DNA of 64,000 bases from NCBI GenBank assembly GCA_963827475.1, contig CAWHAZ010000005.1:416001-480000 (forward strand), given 5' to 3'. This DNA is from an uncultured Chloroflexia bacterium. GTDB lineage: Bacteria > Chloroflexota > Limnocylindria > QHBO01. The notes beneath the pieces are model-generated. The model saw only the letters and a program-made list of their open reading frames with translations, was not told the DNA's origin and made no database searches. The first letter of the stretch is position 1, and each line of letters starts with the position of its first letter. The position numbers and the translations under genes were made by a program. Positions 44,690 to 55,655 of this stretch are shown in pieces.

Positions 44690-47600
44690 ATGACACCCTG
44701 CCCGAACTGCGGCAGCTCGAACGCGGAGAACGCGCGGTTCTGCTCGAACTGCGGGCATGCCCTCGTGACCCGGGTGGGAATCGAGGAGCGGCGCCACGTG
44801 ACGGCCCTCTTCGCCGACCTCGTCGCCTCGACCGCCCTCTCGGACCGCCTCGATCCGGAGATCGTCCGCCGGGTCGTTTCCCAGTTCTTCGAGCGCACGA
44901 TCGAGGAGATCCGCCGTTTTGGCGGGAGCGCGGAGCAGTTCCGCGGGGACGCGGTGATGGCCCTCTTCGGTCTCCAGCAGGCCCACGAGGATGACCCGGA
45001 GCGGGCGGTTCGCGCCGCGTTCGCGGTCCGCGACGGCCTGGCAGCCCTGGCGCCGGACGCCGCCCAGCGCCACGGCATCGTGCTCCAGCTGAGGATTGGG
45101 ATCGAGGCCGGCGAGGTTGTCGTCGGCGACCCATTCGGCGGATCGACGATGGCGACCGGCGATGTCCTGAACCTCGCCGCCCGGCTCGAGGAACACGCCG
45201 AACCCGGCGAGATCGTGGTCGGCCCCGCCGTCCATGCCGCGACCGCCAGGGACATCACCTACGAGAGTGCGGGAAGGTGGGAGGTCCGCGGCAAGACGGA
45301 GCCGATCGAGACCTGGCGAGCCGTAACCCTTCCACCCGAGCCGGGTGGGCTCCGGGGCCTTCCCGGCCGTTCGGCGCCGCTCACCGGACGAGACGAAGAG
45401 ATCGCCCTGCTGCGTGATGCGGCGCGGCGTGTCGCCAACGACCGCAAGACGATCCTGTTCACCATCCTTGGCTTGCCCGGGGTCGGGAAGAGCCGGCTTG
45501 CCCGCGAGCTGGCCGACGAGCTGGAAGCGACCGGATGGCGGGTCCTGTACGGGCGTTGCCTTCCCTACGGCGAGGGCATCACCTACTGGCCGCTGGGCGA
45601 GGTCATCCGTGACCTGGCGGGGATCACGCCCGAGCTCACGAGCGCCCAGGCGCAGGAGCGCCTGGGCGCGGTCTCCCCGGACCAGGACACGGCGGATCTG
45701 CTGGCCTTCGCCATCGGACTGCGGGCGGACGCCCCGGTGAGCGGTGAGGCCCTGGATCGCGAGATCGCGTTCGCCGTCCGCCGCCTGGTGGAGTCGCCGG
45801 CAGCCGAGCGCCCGATCCTGCTGGTGGTCGAGGACATCCACTGGGCCGAGCCGCCGCTCCTGGACATGCTCGAGTACCTCGCGACCTGGACCCGCGATCG
45901 CTCCCTTCTCATCGTGGCCCTGGCCCGGCCGGACCTCATCGATCACCGGCCGGCATGGGGCTCCGGGCGGATGGAAGCATCACGGCTCCACCTGGAGGCG
46001 CTCTCCCGCGAGCAGGCAACGTCCCTCGTCCACGCCCTGCTCGCGGTGGACGGGCTGCCGGACCGCCTGCGCGGCCAGGTCCTGGACCGTGCCGAGGGCA
46101 ACCCGCTGTTTGTCGAGGAGACGATCCGGATGCTCATCGACGACGGGTCCGTCGTCGAGCGCGACGGGGCCTGGGTGGCGGCCAGCGAGCTGGCCGAGGT
46201 CGAGGTTCCCGAGACCATCGAGGCGCTCGTCCGCGCGCGCCTTGACGCGCTCCCGCGCGACGAACGGTCAATCCTCCAGGGTGCGGCGGTCATCGGCCGG
46301 ACCTTCCAGCGCTCGGCGCTGGCGACCCTCATGGAGGAGCCCGTCGACGCCTTGCTCGAGCAGGCCGTGCTCCGCGACTTCGTCACCGAGGAGCCCGCGG
46401 CCGACCCGTCCTACCGGTTCAAGCACACCGTCATCCGCGACGTGGCCTACGCGTCGCTGCCCAAGGCCCGCCGGGCGGCCCTCCACCGGCGGACGGTCGA
46501 CTGGCTGACCGATTGGGCCGGCGACCGGCTGGACGAGTTCGTCGAGATCGAAGCCCACCACCTCGAGCAGGCAGTCCTGCTCGAGGCCGAGCTGCAGGGC
46601 CATGCGGACGCCGACCTGGTCGACCGGGCCATCGCGGCCCTCGGCCGCGGCACGGCGAAGGCCGCGGCGCGGGACGACCTGCCTGCGGTGATCTCGTTCG
46701 CGCGCCGCGCGCTGGCCATCGCGCCGCCGGAGTCCGAGGCGCGACTCGAGATCGAGACGATGCTGCTCGAGGCCCTGTTCGAGAGCGGCGACTTCGCCGC
46801 CGGCCGGGTTCTGGCCGCGTCGGTCGCGGAGGGCGCCGCACCCGCGGGTCGGCGGGATCTGCGGGGACGGGCCCTGCTGCGGATCGGGGTCGACACCGCC
46901 GTCGGGACCGGCGGCGACCGCGACGTCAAGCGCGGGGTGGAGATCCTCCACCAGGCCCGGGAGGAGCTCCGTGCCGCCGGCGACCTCGCCCACGAGTCCG
47001 ACGTCCTGTACTACCTCGGCTTCGGCGGCCTGATCGACGGGAACCTGGAGGCCGCCCTCGGCGCCTGGCAGGAAGCCGCAGCCCTGGCCCAGCGGGCGGG
47101 TGACGCGGGACGCGAGATCCGCGCCCTGCAGCGGGTCTCCCACATCCTGTTCGATGCCGGCCGACGGGACGAGGCGGAGCAGCTCCTGCTCCAGTCGGCG
47201 GAGCGCGCCTCGGAGCTCAGCCTCGTCACCCAGGCCCAGGTCTGGAAGTCGCAGGGCCAGTACCTGACCCGCTACGGCATCGACCTCGAGGGCGGACGGG
47301 CACTCCTGGAGCGTGCGCTCGAGGTCGGGGAGCAGTCGGGCGACTTCGACCTGCGGATCGGGTCGCTGACCGGGCTGGCGGAGGCGGCCGTCGTCAGCGG
47401 GGACCGAGCCGGGGCGCTGCGCTGGGCAGCGATCCACCTGGACCTCGTCACGTCCCTGGATCAGGACTGGATGGTCGCCGCCGCGGAGCATTGGATGGCC
47501 CAGGCCCTGCTGGCTGCCGGCAACCCGGCTGCCGCGGAGCCCCACGCGCAGCGCGCGGTGGAGTACGCGACCGGGGACGACGTCTCGATCGCGGCCAACG

Positions 47601-47893
47601 CCCGGCTGGACGTGGCCCGCGTGCTGGACGCGCTCGACCGCGGAACCGAAGCGGAAGCCGTCTTCGCCACGGCCGGCGAAGCCTTCCGCCAGCTGCCTTT
47701 CCAGGCCGATATCGCCGGGTTCGACCTGGCTCTCGGCGCCTTCCACATCGCCAACGGCCGGCTCGAGGAGGGGGAGCTGCTGGTCGCCAAGGCTCGCGCC
47801 GCGTTCGAGGCATTCCTCGGGCCGGGGACGCCGTACCTCGGCTACGCGGATCGAGTGGCGGCCGCGGCACGAGGCCGCGCGGAGTCGCGTTGA
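44690..47893 (+). CDS. Zn ribbon + class III nucleotide cyclase + STAND AAA ATPase + TPR-like protein
   Basis: CPNC..FCSNCG; FADLV.ST, GDAVMALFG, N.AARL; GLPGVGKS; VEDIHWA; GNPLFVEE. Confidence 0.9.
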   Translation: MTPCPNCGSSNAENARFCSNCGHALVTRVGIEERRHVTALFADLVASTALSDRLDPEIVRRVVSQFFERTIEEIRRFGGSAEQFRGDAVMALFGLQQAHEDDPERAVRAAFAVRDGLAALAPDAAQRHGIVLQLRIGIEAGEVVVGDPFGGSTMATGDVLNLAARLEEHAEPGEIVVGPAVHAATARDITYESAGRWEVRGKTEPIETWRAVTLPPEPGGLRGLPGRSAPLTGRDEEIALLRDAARRVANDRKTILFTILGLPGVGKSRLARELADELEATGWRVLYGRCLPYGEGITYWPLGEVIRDLAGITPELTSAQAQERLGAVSPDQDTADLLAFAIGLRADAPVSGEALDREIAFAVRRLVESPAAERPILLVVEDIHWAEPPLLDMLEYLATWTRDRSLLIVALARPDLIDHRPAWGSGRMEASRLHLEALSREQATSLVHALLAVDGLPDRLRGQVLDRAEGNPLFVEETIRMLIDDGSVVERDGAWVAASELAEVEVPETIEALVRARLDALPRDERSILQGAAVIGRTFQRSALATLMEEPVDALLEQAVLRDFVTEEPAADPSYRFKHTVIRDVAYASLPKARRAALHRRTVDWLTDWAGDRLDEFVEIEAHHLEQAVLLEAELQGHADADLVDRAIAALGRGTAKAAARDDLPAVISFARRALAIAPPESEARLEIETMLLEALFESGDFAAGRVLAASVAEGAAPAGRRDLRGRALLRIGVDTAVGTGGDRDVKRGVEILHQAREELRAAGDLAHESDVLYYLGFGGLIDGNLEAALGAWQEAAALAQRAGDAGREIRALQRVSHILFDAGRRDEAEQLLLQSAERASELSLVTQAQVWKSQGQYLTRYGIDLEGGRALLERALEVGEQSGDFDLRIGSLTGLAEAAVVSGDRAGALRWAAIHLDLVTSLDQDWMVAAAEHWMAQALLAAGNPAAAEPHAQRAVEYATGDDVSIAANARLDVARVLDALDRGTEAEAVFATAGEAFRQLPFQADIAGFDLALGAFHIANGRLEEGELLVAKARAAFEAFLGPGTPYLGYADRVAAAARGRAESR

Positions 47894-47919
47894 CAGCCCT
47901 TTGGCACCGGCGGTACGAT
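47890..47919 (+). promoter_or_regulatory. Sigma-A-type promoter of the hrcA operon
   Basis: TTGACA-N18-TACGAT. Confidence 0.7.
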
Positions 47920-47933
47920 CAAAACCGCCTGAA

Positions 47934-47960
47934 TTAGCACTCTCATCGGTAGAGTGCTAG
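47934..47960 (+). promoter_or_regulatory. CIRCE element (HrcA operator)
   Basis: TTAGCACTC-N9-GAGTGCTAG directly upstream of hrcA. Confidence 0.95.
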
Positions 47961-47975
47961 CATCGCGAACACGAT

Positions 47976-49073
47976 ATGGCAGATCGCACGCCGCAGTCCT
48001 CCTCCGCGTCGCATCCGCCGGTCGACCTGACCGAGCGGCAGCGCGCCGTGCTGCGCGCGGTGGTCGAGGACTACGTCCTGAGTGCGGTGCCGGTCGGCTC
48101 CCAGGCGCTCGTACGCCGCTACGGGCTGCAGGTGAGCCCCGCCACGGTCCGCAGCGCGATGGCCGACCTCGAAGCCCTCGGCCTGCTGACCCACCCGCAC
48201 ACATCCGCCGGGCGCGTGCCGTCCGACCTCGGCTACCGCTACTACGTCGAGACCCTGATGCGCGAGTCGGAGCTCGATCGAGCGGACGCCCTCATGATTC
48301 GCCACCAGTTCTCGCAGGTGCAGCTCACCTCCAACGACTGGCTCCGCCTGGCCGCCTCCACCCTCGCCGCGTCCACCCGCGCGGCAGCGGTCGTCACGCC
48401 CGCCCGCTCGCGCCGCGCGAAGTTCGCCCACCTCCAGCTCGTGGACCTGGCTGACCACGCCCGGATGGCGGTCGTGGTCCTGACCGATGGCACGGTCGTG
48501 GAGCGCCACCTCGATCCGACCGCGTTGACCCGGGTCGCGGGCACGCCGCCGACCCAGGAGGACCTGGACGCCGCCGCCGCCGAGCTGAACGCCGAGCTGA
48601 ACGGACTCACCGCTCCCCAGGCGCGTCGCCGCGGCCGCAAGCTCACCCCGCTCGCCGCCCACGTGGCGCTGGCCGTGGCCGACATGCTCGAGGAGGCCGA
48701 TGGCACCTCGATCGAGGAGGTCTTCACCGACGGCCTGGCCTACGTCCTCGACCAGCCGGAGTTCGCCGGAGGCACCGCCCTGCGCCCGGTCCTCGAGGTC
48801 CTCCAGCGCGCCGACTTCCTCGAGCAGCTGCTCCCCGTGGTCACGCGACGGGGCGGGGTCCACGTGATCATCGGTCGCGAGAACCCGAACGACGCCATGC
48901 GTGAGGTCTCCCTGGTGTTCGCTCCCTACGGGACGCCGGACCGCGCCCTGGGCCTGCTGGGCGTGCTCGGCCCGACCCGGATGGCCTATCCCCGGGCCAT
49001 CCCCACCGTCCGGTTCGTGTCGAGCGTCCTGAACGAGCTCATCGACAGCCACTCCGGGTGGACCCATGACTGA
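47976..49073 (+). CDS. hrcA: Heat-inducible transcription repressor HrcA
   Basis: PVGS, SPATVR..MA.LE..G, PHTSAGRVPSD.GYRYYV, GPTRM.Y. Confidence 0.95.
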   Translation: MADRTPQSSSASHPPVDLTERQRAVLRAVVEDYVLSAVPVGSQALVRRYGLQVSPATVRSAMADLEALGLLTHPHTSAGRVPSDLGYRYYVETLMRESELDRADALMIRHQFSQVQLTSNDWLRLAASTLAASTRAAAVVTPARSRRAKFAHLQLVDLADHARMAVVVLTDGTVVERHLDPTALTRVAGTPPTQEDLDAAAAELNAELNGLTAPQARRRGRKLTPLAAHVALAVADMLEEADGTSIEEVFTDGLAYVLDQPEFAGGTALRPVLEVLQRADFLEQLLPVVTRRGGVHVIIGRENPNDAMREVSLVFAPYGTPDRALGLLGVLGPTRMAYPRAIPTVRFVSSVLNELIDSHSGWTHD

Positions 49074-49638
49074 TTCCCGAACGAACGGCGAACCACGCCC
49101 GAAGACACGCGCCGAGGAGCGGGCCGAGGCGATCACGACCCCGTCGCGGAGCGACCTGCTCGAGCAGCTCACCGAAGCGGAGACCGCCCTCGCCCGCACG
49201 CGCGAGCAGGCCGACCAGAACCTGGCCAACTGGCAGCGGGCCGCGGCGGATTTCTCGAACTACAAGCGCCGGACCGAGGACGAGCGGACGGCCGTGGGCA
49301 TGATGGCCAACGCCGTCCTGCTCGGCCGCCTGCTGAGCGTCATCGATGACTTCGACCGGGCCCTGGAATCGGTCCCGGAGGACGTCCACGAGGGCTGGCT
49401 CGACGGCATTCGCCTCGTCGAGCGCAAGCTGCAGGCGCTGCTCGAGGCCGAGGGCGTGACCCCCATCGAGGCCATCGGTCAGCCCTTCGACCCCAACCTC
49501 CACGAGGCGGTCGTCCACGAGGAGACCGGCGAACACCCCGACAACACTGTCATCGGTGAGGTCCAGCGCGGGTACCTGCTCCATGAGCGGGTGCTCCGTC
49601 CCTCGCTGGTGCGCGTCGCCAACAACCCCGGAAAGTAG
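49066..49638 (+). CDS. grpE: Nucleotide exchange factor GrpE
   Basis: ADFSNYKRR, FDPNLHEAV, GY.L.ERVLRP.LV.V. Confidence 0.95.
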   Translation: MTDSRTNGEPRPKTRAEERAEAITTPSRSDLLEQLTEAETALARTREQADQNLANWQRAAADFSNYKRRTEDERTAVGMMANAVLLGRLLSVIDDFDRALESVPEDVHEGWLDGIRLVERKLQALLEAEGVTPIEAIGQPFDPNLHEAVVHEETGEHPDNTVIGEVQRGYLLHERVLRPSLVRVANNPGK

Positions 49639-49650
49639 GTACGAAACAAG

Positions 49651-51585
49651 ATGGGAAAGATCATCGGTATTGACCTCGGCACCACGAACAGCGTGGTGGC
49701 CGTGATGGAGGGCGGCGAGCCGACCGTCATCACCAGCGCGGAGGGCTCGCGCATCACGCCGTCGGTGGTGGGCTTCGCGAAGAGCGGAGAGCGGCTGGTG
49801 GGCCAGGTCGCCAAGCGGCAGGCCATCACCAACCCGGAGAACACTGTCTTCTCCATCAAGCGGTTCATGGGCCGCCGGTGGGACGACCCCGAGGTCCAGC
49901 ACTCGAAGGACATGGTTCCGTACACCGTCGACAAGGACCCGAAGTCGGACGGGATCACCGTGACCCTGGCCAACGGCAAGAGCTACAGCCCGCCGGAGAT
50001 CAGCGCGATGATCCTCCAGAAGCTGAAGTCCGACGCCGAGGCGTACCTGGGCGAGAAGGTGACCGAGGCGGTCATCACCGTCCCGGCCTACTTCGACGAC
50101 ACCCAGCGCCAGGCGACCAAGGACGCGGGCCGGATCGCCGGCCTCGACGTGAAGCGGATCGTGAACGAGCCCACCGCGTCGGCCCTGGCCTACGGCCTCG
50201 ACAAGCAAAAGGAAGAGAAGATCGCCGTCTACGACCTGGGCGGCGGCACGTTCGACATCTCCATCCTCGAGCTGTCGGAGGGCGTGTTCGAGGTCCGTTC
50301 GACGAACGGCGACACCCACCTGGGTGGCGATGACTTCGACCAGCGGATCATCGAGTGGCTGAGCGCCGAGTTCAAGAAGGACCAGGGCATCGACCTGTCC
50401 AAGGATCGGATCGCCCTCCAGCGCCTGAAGGAAGCCGCGGAGAAGGCGAAGATCGAGCTGTCGACCACGACCTCGACCGAGGTCAACCTGCCGTTCATCA
50501 GTGCCGACGCCGAGGGCCCCAAGCACCTGGTCATGACCCTGACCCGGGCCAAGCTCGAGGACCTGGTCGCGGACCTCGTGAGCGGCACGGAGGGCCCGGT
50601 CCGCCAGGCCCTGACCGATGCCGGGATCAAGCCGTCGGAGATCGACGAGGTGATCCTGGTCGGCGGCCAGACCCGCATGCCGGCGGTCGTCGAGGCAGTG
50701 AAGAAGATGTTCGCCGGGAAGGAGCCACACAAGGGCGTCAACCCCGACGAGGTGGTCGCGGTGGGCGCCGCCATCCAGGCCGGTGTCCTGGGCGGCGAGG
50801 TGAAGGACGTCCTCCTGCTGGACGTCACGCCGCTGTCGCTGGGGATCGAGACCCTCGGCGGCGTGGCGACGAAGATGATCAACCGCAACACGACCATCCC
50901 GACCTCGCACACCCAGATCTTCTCCACCGCGTCGGACAACCAGCCGAGCGTGGACATCGTGGTCCTGCAGGGGGAGCGGGAGATGGCGGCCGACAACAAG
51001 AAGCTGGCCACCTTCCGGCTCGACGGCATCCCCCCGGCTCCCCGGGGCGTGCCCCAGATCGAGGTCACGTTCGACATCGACGCCAACGGCATCCTGAACG
51101 TGGCGGCGAAGGACAAGGCCACCAACAAGGAGCAGAAGGTGGCGATCACCGCCTCCTCGATGCTGGCCAAGGAAGACGTAGACCAGATGGTCCGCGATGC
51201 GGCCGAACACGCGGAGGAGGACCGCAAGCGGCGCCACGAGGCGGAGTCCCGCAACGAGGCCGACGCGCTCACCTTCCAGGCCGAGCGGCTGCTCAAGGAC
51301 CTCGAGGGCAAGGTCTCGGATACCGATAAGGCCGAGATCGAGACCAAGGTGGCGGCCGTGCGCGAGGCCCTGGCCGGCGACGATGCCGGAGCGATCGACT
51401 CGACCAAGCAGCAGCTGGCCGAGGTCCTCCAGCGGGTCGGCGCCCAGGCCTACGCCGAGGCGCCCGCGTCCGAGGGTCCGACCGATGGGACCAGCGGCAA
51501 TGGGGCCGCGCCCGAAGGCGAGACGACCGAGGGCGAGGGCGAGGGGGAAGAGGAGACGATCGAGGGGGAGTACAAGGAGGTCTAA
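49651..51585 (+). CDS. dnaK: Chaperone DnaK
   Basis: [32 protein letters not shown]. Confidence 0.98.
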   Translation: MGKIIGIDLGTTNSVVAVMEGGEPTVITSAEGSRITPSVVGFAKSGERLVGQVAKRQAITNPENTVFSIKRFMGRRWDDPEVQHSKDMVPYTVDKDPKSDGITVTLANGKSYSPPEISAMILQKLKSDAEAYLGEKVTEAVITVPAYFDDTQRQATKDAGRIAGLDVKRIVNEPTASALAYGLDKQKEEKIAVYDLGGGTFDISILELSEGVFEVRSTNGDTHLGGDDFDQRIIEWLSAEFKKDQGIDLSKDRIALQRLKEAAEKAKIELSTTTSTEVNLPFISADAEGPKHLVMTLTRAKLEDLVADLVSGTEGPVRQALTDAGIKPSEIDEVILVGGQTRMPAVVEAVKKMFAGKEPHKGVNPDEVVAVGAAIQAGVLGGEVKDVLLLDVTPLSLGIETLGGVATKMINRNTTIPTSHTQIFSTASDNQPSVDIVVLQGEREMAADNKKLATFRLDGIPPAPRGVPQIEVTFDIDANGILNVAAKDKATNKEQKVAITASSMLAKEDVDQMVRDAAEHAEEDRKRRHEAESRNEADALTFQAERLLKDLEGKVSDTDKAEIETKVAAVREALAGDDAGAIDSTKQQLAEVLQRVGAQAYAEAPASEGPTDGTSGNGAAPEGETTEGEGEGEEETIEGEYKEV

Positions 51586-51623
51586 GGGCCTTCCAGACCC
51601 GGGATAGGGCCGGGCGCCCGCCC

Positions 51624-51671
51624 CTCGTCGGCTTCCGCGACGAGCTCGGGGCCGGTCGCCCGGCCCCTGTT
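51624..51671 (+). terminator. Tandem hairpins / probable terminator after dnaK
   Basis: CTCGTCG..CGACGAG, then GGGGCCGG-TCGC-CCGGCCCC-TGTT. Confidence 0.55.
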
Positions 51672-51769
51672 CGCACCCCGGGAAGTGCCCTCGGATCACC
51701 GTCCCGGGTCCGTAGTCAGGTCCGCGCGGTCCGTGCCGGCTCGTCTCTGCGCCGCCTATCCTGCGTTCG

Positions 51770-52442
51770 GTGGCAGCCGATCGAGCCTCGGTCGCGTTTC
51801 TGTTCGATGTCGACAACACGCTGCTCGACAACGATCGGGTGAAGGCGGAGCTGGCCGAGGGGATCGAGAACGCGGTGGGGGAGGCGGCGGGAGCCAGGTT
51901 CTGGGAGATCTACGAGGACGTGCGGCGGATGCGCGACTTCGTGGACTACCCGAGGACGCTGGAGCGGTTTCGGGAGGCGTTCCCGCGCGAGCCGGGGTTC
52001 CCGGCGGTGGCGGAGATGGTGCTCGGCTATCCGTATCGGTCAGTCCTGTATCCCGGTGCGCTCGAGGTCCTGGCCCGGGTGCAGACCATCGGTCCGGCGG
52101 CGATCGTGACCGACGGTGATCCCGTGTACCAGGCGGCGAAGGTGGCACGGGCAGGCCTGGCCGATGCGGTCGAGCAGCGGGTGTTCCTGTTCGCCCACAA
52201 GGAGTCGCATTGGTCCGAGGTCGCGGCGGCGGTGCCGGCGGATCGGTACGTGATGTTCGAGGACAAAGCCGACGTGCTGGCGACCATCAAGCGGCTGGAC
52301 GAGCGTGTGCTGACCGTCCACGTCCGCCAGGGCCACTACGGCGAGGCGGATATCAGTGACGTCCGCCCGGCGCCTGATCGGTCGCTGGCTCGGATCGGCG
52401 ACCTGCTGGAACTCGACCTGGCGGACGTTCCTGGCCGGCTAG
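51770..52442 (+). CDS. HAD family hydrolase; likely late frameshift near 52423
   Basis: FLFDVDNTLLD, TDGD.VYQ..K, FEDK, V.QGHY. Confidence 0.85.
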
Positions 52443-52445
52443 CGG

Positions 52446-53958
52446 CTACTCGAGCAGGACTCCGGCGGTCAGGACGAGCATCGAGAGGATGGCCAGGATC
52501 AGGAGCATCGGCCAGACGAAGTTTGAGCCAGGTGCCGTAGCCGATGCGGGCGATCGCCAGGCCGCCCATGACCACCGCCGACGTCGGGGTGATGAGGTTG
52601 ATCAGCCCGTTGCCGGTCTGGTACGCGGTCACGACCAGGAACTCGGGGACTCCGGCGAAGCCGGCCAGCGGCGCCATGATCGGCATGGCGACCGTGGCCA
52701 GGCCCGACGACGAGGGGATGAGGAACGACAGCGGCAGGAAGAGCCCGAACATCAGGTTGATGAACAGCACGCCGCCCAGGCCGGCCACCGCCTGTTCGGC
52801 GGCGTTGAGGACGGTATCGGTGATCAGCCCGTTGTTCATGACCACCGTGATGCCCGCGCGCGATGCCGATGATCAGCGCGACGCCGAGCAGGTCGCGCGC
52901 GCCATCCACGAACGTGGCGGTCAGCTCGCCCTCCTTCATCCGCGCGACCACGCCGATGAGGATCGCGAACAGGAGGAACGAGGCGGTCATCTCGGGGAAC
53001 CACCACCACAGGGTCGGGATGGGGATCCCGAGGTCCTCCCACGGGATGACGCCGTAGATCATCACCGCGAAGGCGAGGAAGAACAGGGCGAGCACCGCCT
53101 TCTCCCGCCCCGGGAGCGCCGCGTCCGTCTCCGTCGGCCGCGTCGGCGCCCTGGAAGGCGGCCTCGTTTTCGGCCTTCTGGGCGTACACCAGCGACTTCG
53201 TCGGGTCGGCCTTGACCTTGGCCGCGTAGCGCATGACGAACCAGATGCCGATGGCCGTGCCGATCGACGAGGATGACCAGCCGCCCGATGAGCCCCTGGT
53301 CGATGGTCGTGCCCGCGAACCCGGACGCGATCCCGGTCGCGAAGGGGTTGATCGTCGAGCCGAGGACCCCGATCCCGCAGCCGAGCAGGAGCAGGGAGGC
53401 CCCGACCATGGTGTCGTACCCGGCCGCGACCATGACCGTGACGATCAGGACGTAGAAGGCGAGGCTCTCCTCGTTCATCCCGAAGGTCGTGCCGCCGATG
53501 GCGAACACGATCATCAGGATCGGGATCATCCATTGCTCGCGGCCGCGGAACCGAGACACGATCCGGGCGATCCCGTCGTTGATCGCGCCGGTCTTCATCG
53601 TGATCCCCAGGAACCCGCCGATCACGAGCACGAACAGGGCGACGTCGATGGCGCCGAACAGCTCACCGCTGTTCCAGACGCTGATGCTGCCGTCCTCGGC
53701 CTCGATCCCGTACAGGCCGTTGATGGGTGCCAGGAGCGAGTCGGTGATGATCCGCTGCGGGTTCTGGTCGACCTGCTCGTACGTGCCCGGGATGGGCTGA
53801 CCGTTCTCGTCCAGCTGGTACTCCCCGGCCGGGATGATCCAGGTCGCGATGGCGACCAGGACGATGAGCAGGAACAGGATGGTGTAGGCGCTCGGCAGCG
53901 CGAAGCCCTTCTTCTCGGGGGCCGGCGCAGCCGGTGAGGTCGTCTCCGACGCGGTCAT
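52446..53958 (-). CDS. YfcC family transporter (probable arginine/ornithine antiporter); several frameshifts
   Basis: LPSAYTILF, GGTTFGMNEE, STINPFATGIAS, WWFPEM, IPSSSGLA, ITPTS across consecutive frames. Confidence 0.85.
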
Positions 53959-55467
53959 GACGCGACTGCCTCCGCGGGTGCCTCGGGTGGCTCAACCGGT
54001 GGAACATGCTCGATGCGGAAGCCGGTGAAGCCGTAGATCAGCGAGATCAGCGGACTGAGCAGGTTGAAGAAGCAGTACGGCAGGTAGGCCACGGTGGCCA
54101 CTCCCAGGACGCCCGCCATGTACGCCCCGCAGCTGTTCCAGGGAACGAGCGGTGAGGTCACCGTCCCCGAGTCCTCCACCGCCCTGCGACAGCATCCGCG
54201 GGGCGATGCCGCGCTTGGCGAACTCCGCCCGGTAGATCCGGCTGGGCATGACGATGGCCACGTACTGGTCGCCGGCGATGATGTTCAGGCCGATGCAGGT
54301 CGCGACCACCGAGGCGATGAGGCGCCCGGTGGACTTCGCCCCGGCCAGGACCGGACGGATGAGCCGCTCCAGGAAGCCGGCGTCCTCCATGATCGCCGCG
54401 AACGACAGGGCGCCGAGGACCAGCCAGATGGTGAACAGCATCGACGACATCCCGCCCCGCGAGAAGAGCGCGTCGATGGTCTCGTTTCCGCTCTCGAGCT
54501 CGAATCCGTTCGCCAGCGCGGCGTAGATCGGCCTCGATCGCGACGAGCACCGGCCCCTGGTCGGGCTTCCCCACGAATGCCTCGACCAGCGCCGGCTGGG
54601 TGAACACGGCCAGGACGGCGGCAAAGATGGCGCTGAGGAAGATGGCGAGGAACGGCGGCGCCCGGCGGACGGACATGATCACGAGCAGGATCAGGGGCAG
54701 GAAGTTGATCAGCGAGATCTGGTACGACTCGGCCAGGAGGGCCTGGGTATCGGCCGGATCGAATGCCGGTCCCGGAGGCGGGTGTCACCAGGCCGATGAT
54801 CGTGAACCCGACGATGGCGAGTACCACGGCCGGGCCCGAGGTCCAGATCATGGCCCCGATGTGCTGGTTGGTCGTCACGTTCTCCACCATCGATGGCACC
54901 AGCACGGTCGTTTCGGAGATCGGCGTCATCTTGTCCCCGAAGTACGCGCCCGAGATGACGGCCCCGGCCGCGATGACCGGGTTGGCGCCGACCAGCGGTG
55001 CGAGGGCCACGAACGCCACGCCCAGGGTGGCGGCGGTCGTCCACGAGCTGCCGATGGACAAGCCCGACCAGGCCACAGACGATGGCGGTTGCCGGGTAGA
55101 ACCAGTCCTCGCTCAGCAGCCCGACGCCGTAGTAGACGACGGTCGGGATCGTGCCCGCCATGTTCCACGCGCCGATGAGCGCGCCGACGGCCAGCAGGAT
55201 GAAGACCGCGCTCAGGGCGGAGGCGATGCCGCCGACCGCGGCGCCCCGGACGCGGGCCGCGGTATGGCCGTTCTTGAACGCCACCAGTGCGGCGACGACG
55301 GCGGCGCCCAGGAGGGCGACCTGCAGCGGCCCGCCGGTGGCGTCCGTCCCGAAGATGGTGATCGTGAGCAGGATGAGGACGACGAGCGCGATGACCGGGA
55401 TCAGCGCATCGAGGAACGATGGCTCGCGCGGGACGCGGGTCTCTTCGGGGTGGACGTCCCCGGTCAT
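53955..55467 (-). CDS. NhaC family antiporter; several frameshifts
   Basis: GTIPTVVYYG, GSSWTT..T.GVA, SGAYFGDKM.P.SETT, RGGM.SM, EDSGT..SPLVPWNSCG. Confidence 0.85.
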
Positions 55468-55495
55468 GTGTTCCTCCGCCTTCAGGCGACGATGG

Positions 55496-55645
55496 TCAGG
55501 CCATGGAGGTTGCGACGGCCGTTGTCGGAGCGTCGCCGCGATCGCGGGCGTGGTCCGGCGTTCCCTGGGCCAGGGCCACCAGCAGCACGATAGCCGCCAC
55601 CAGCAGCACGGTGACGACCCAATTCGACACGTCTCGCGTTTCCAT
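55496..55645 (-). CDS. 49-aa single-TM small protein inside the arc cluster; not in the ORF track
   Basis: GAGGTG RBS; METRDVSNWVVTVLLVAAIVLLVALAQGTPDHARDRGDAPTTAVATSMA. Confidence 0.6.
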   Translation of the reverse strand: METRDVSNWVVTVLLVAAIVLLVALAQGTPDHARDRGDAPTTAVATSMA

Positions 55646-55655
55646 CTCGGTCACC

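Noticed and set aside
44690-47893. Anti-phage defence system (Avs/Pycsar)
   Set aside because: Architecture matches the common cyclase-AAA-TPR signalling family; no effector gene or defence context
51586-51769. Missing dnaJ after dnaK; also no tpiA/gpm in the gap-pgk-eno run
   Set aside because: Such relocations are common and the genes may lie elsewhere in the genome
49039-51831. Long antisense ORF opposite dnaK (and similar ORFs elsewhere)
   Set aside because: Shadow frames expected from high-GC codon bias; no protein motifs
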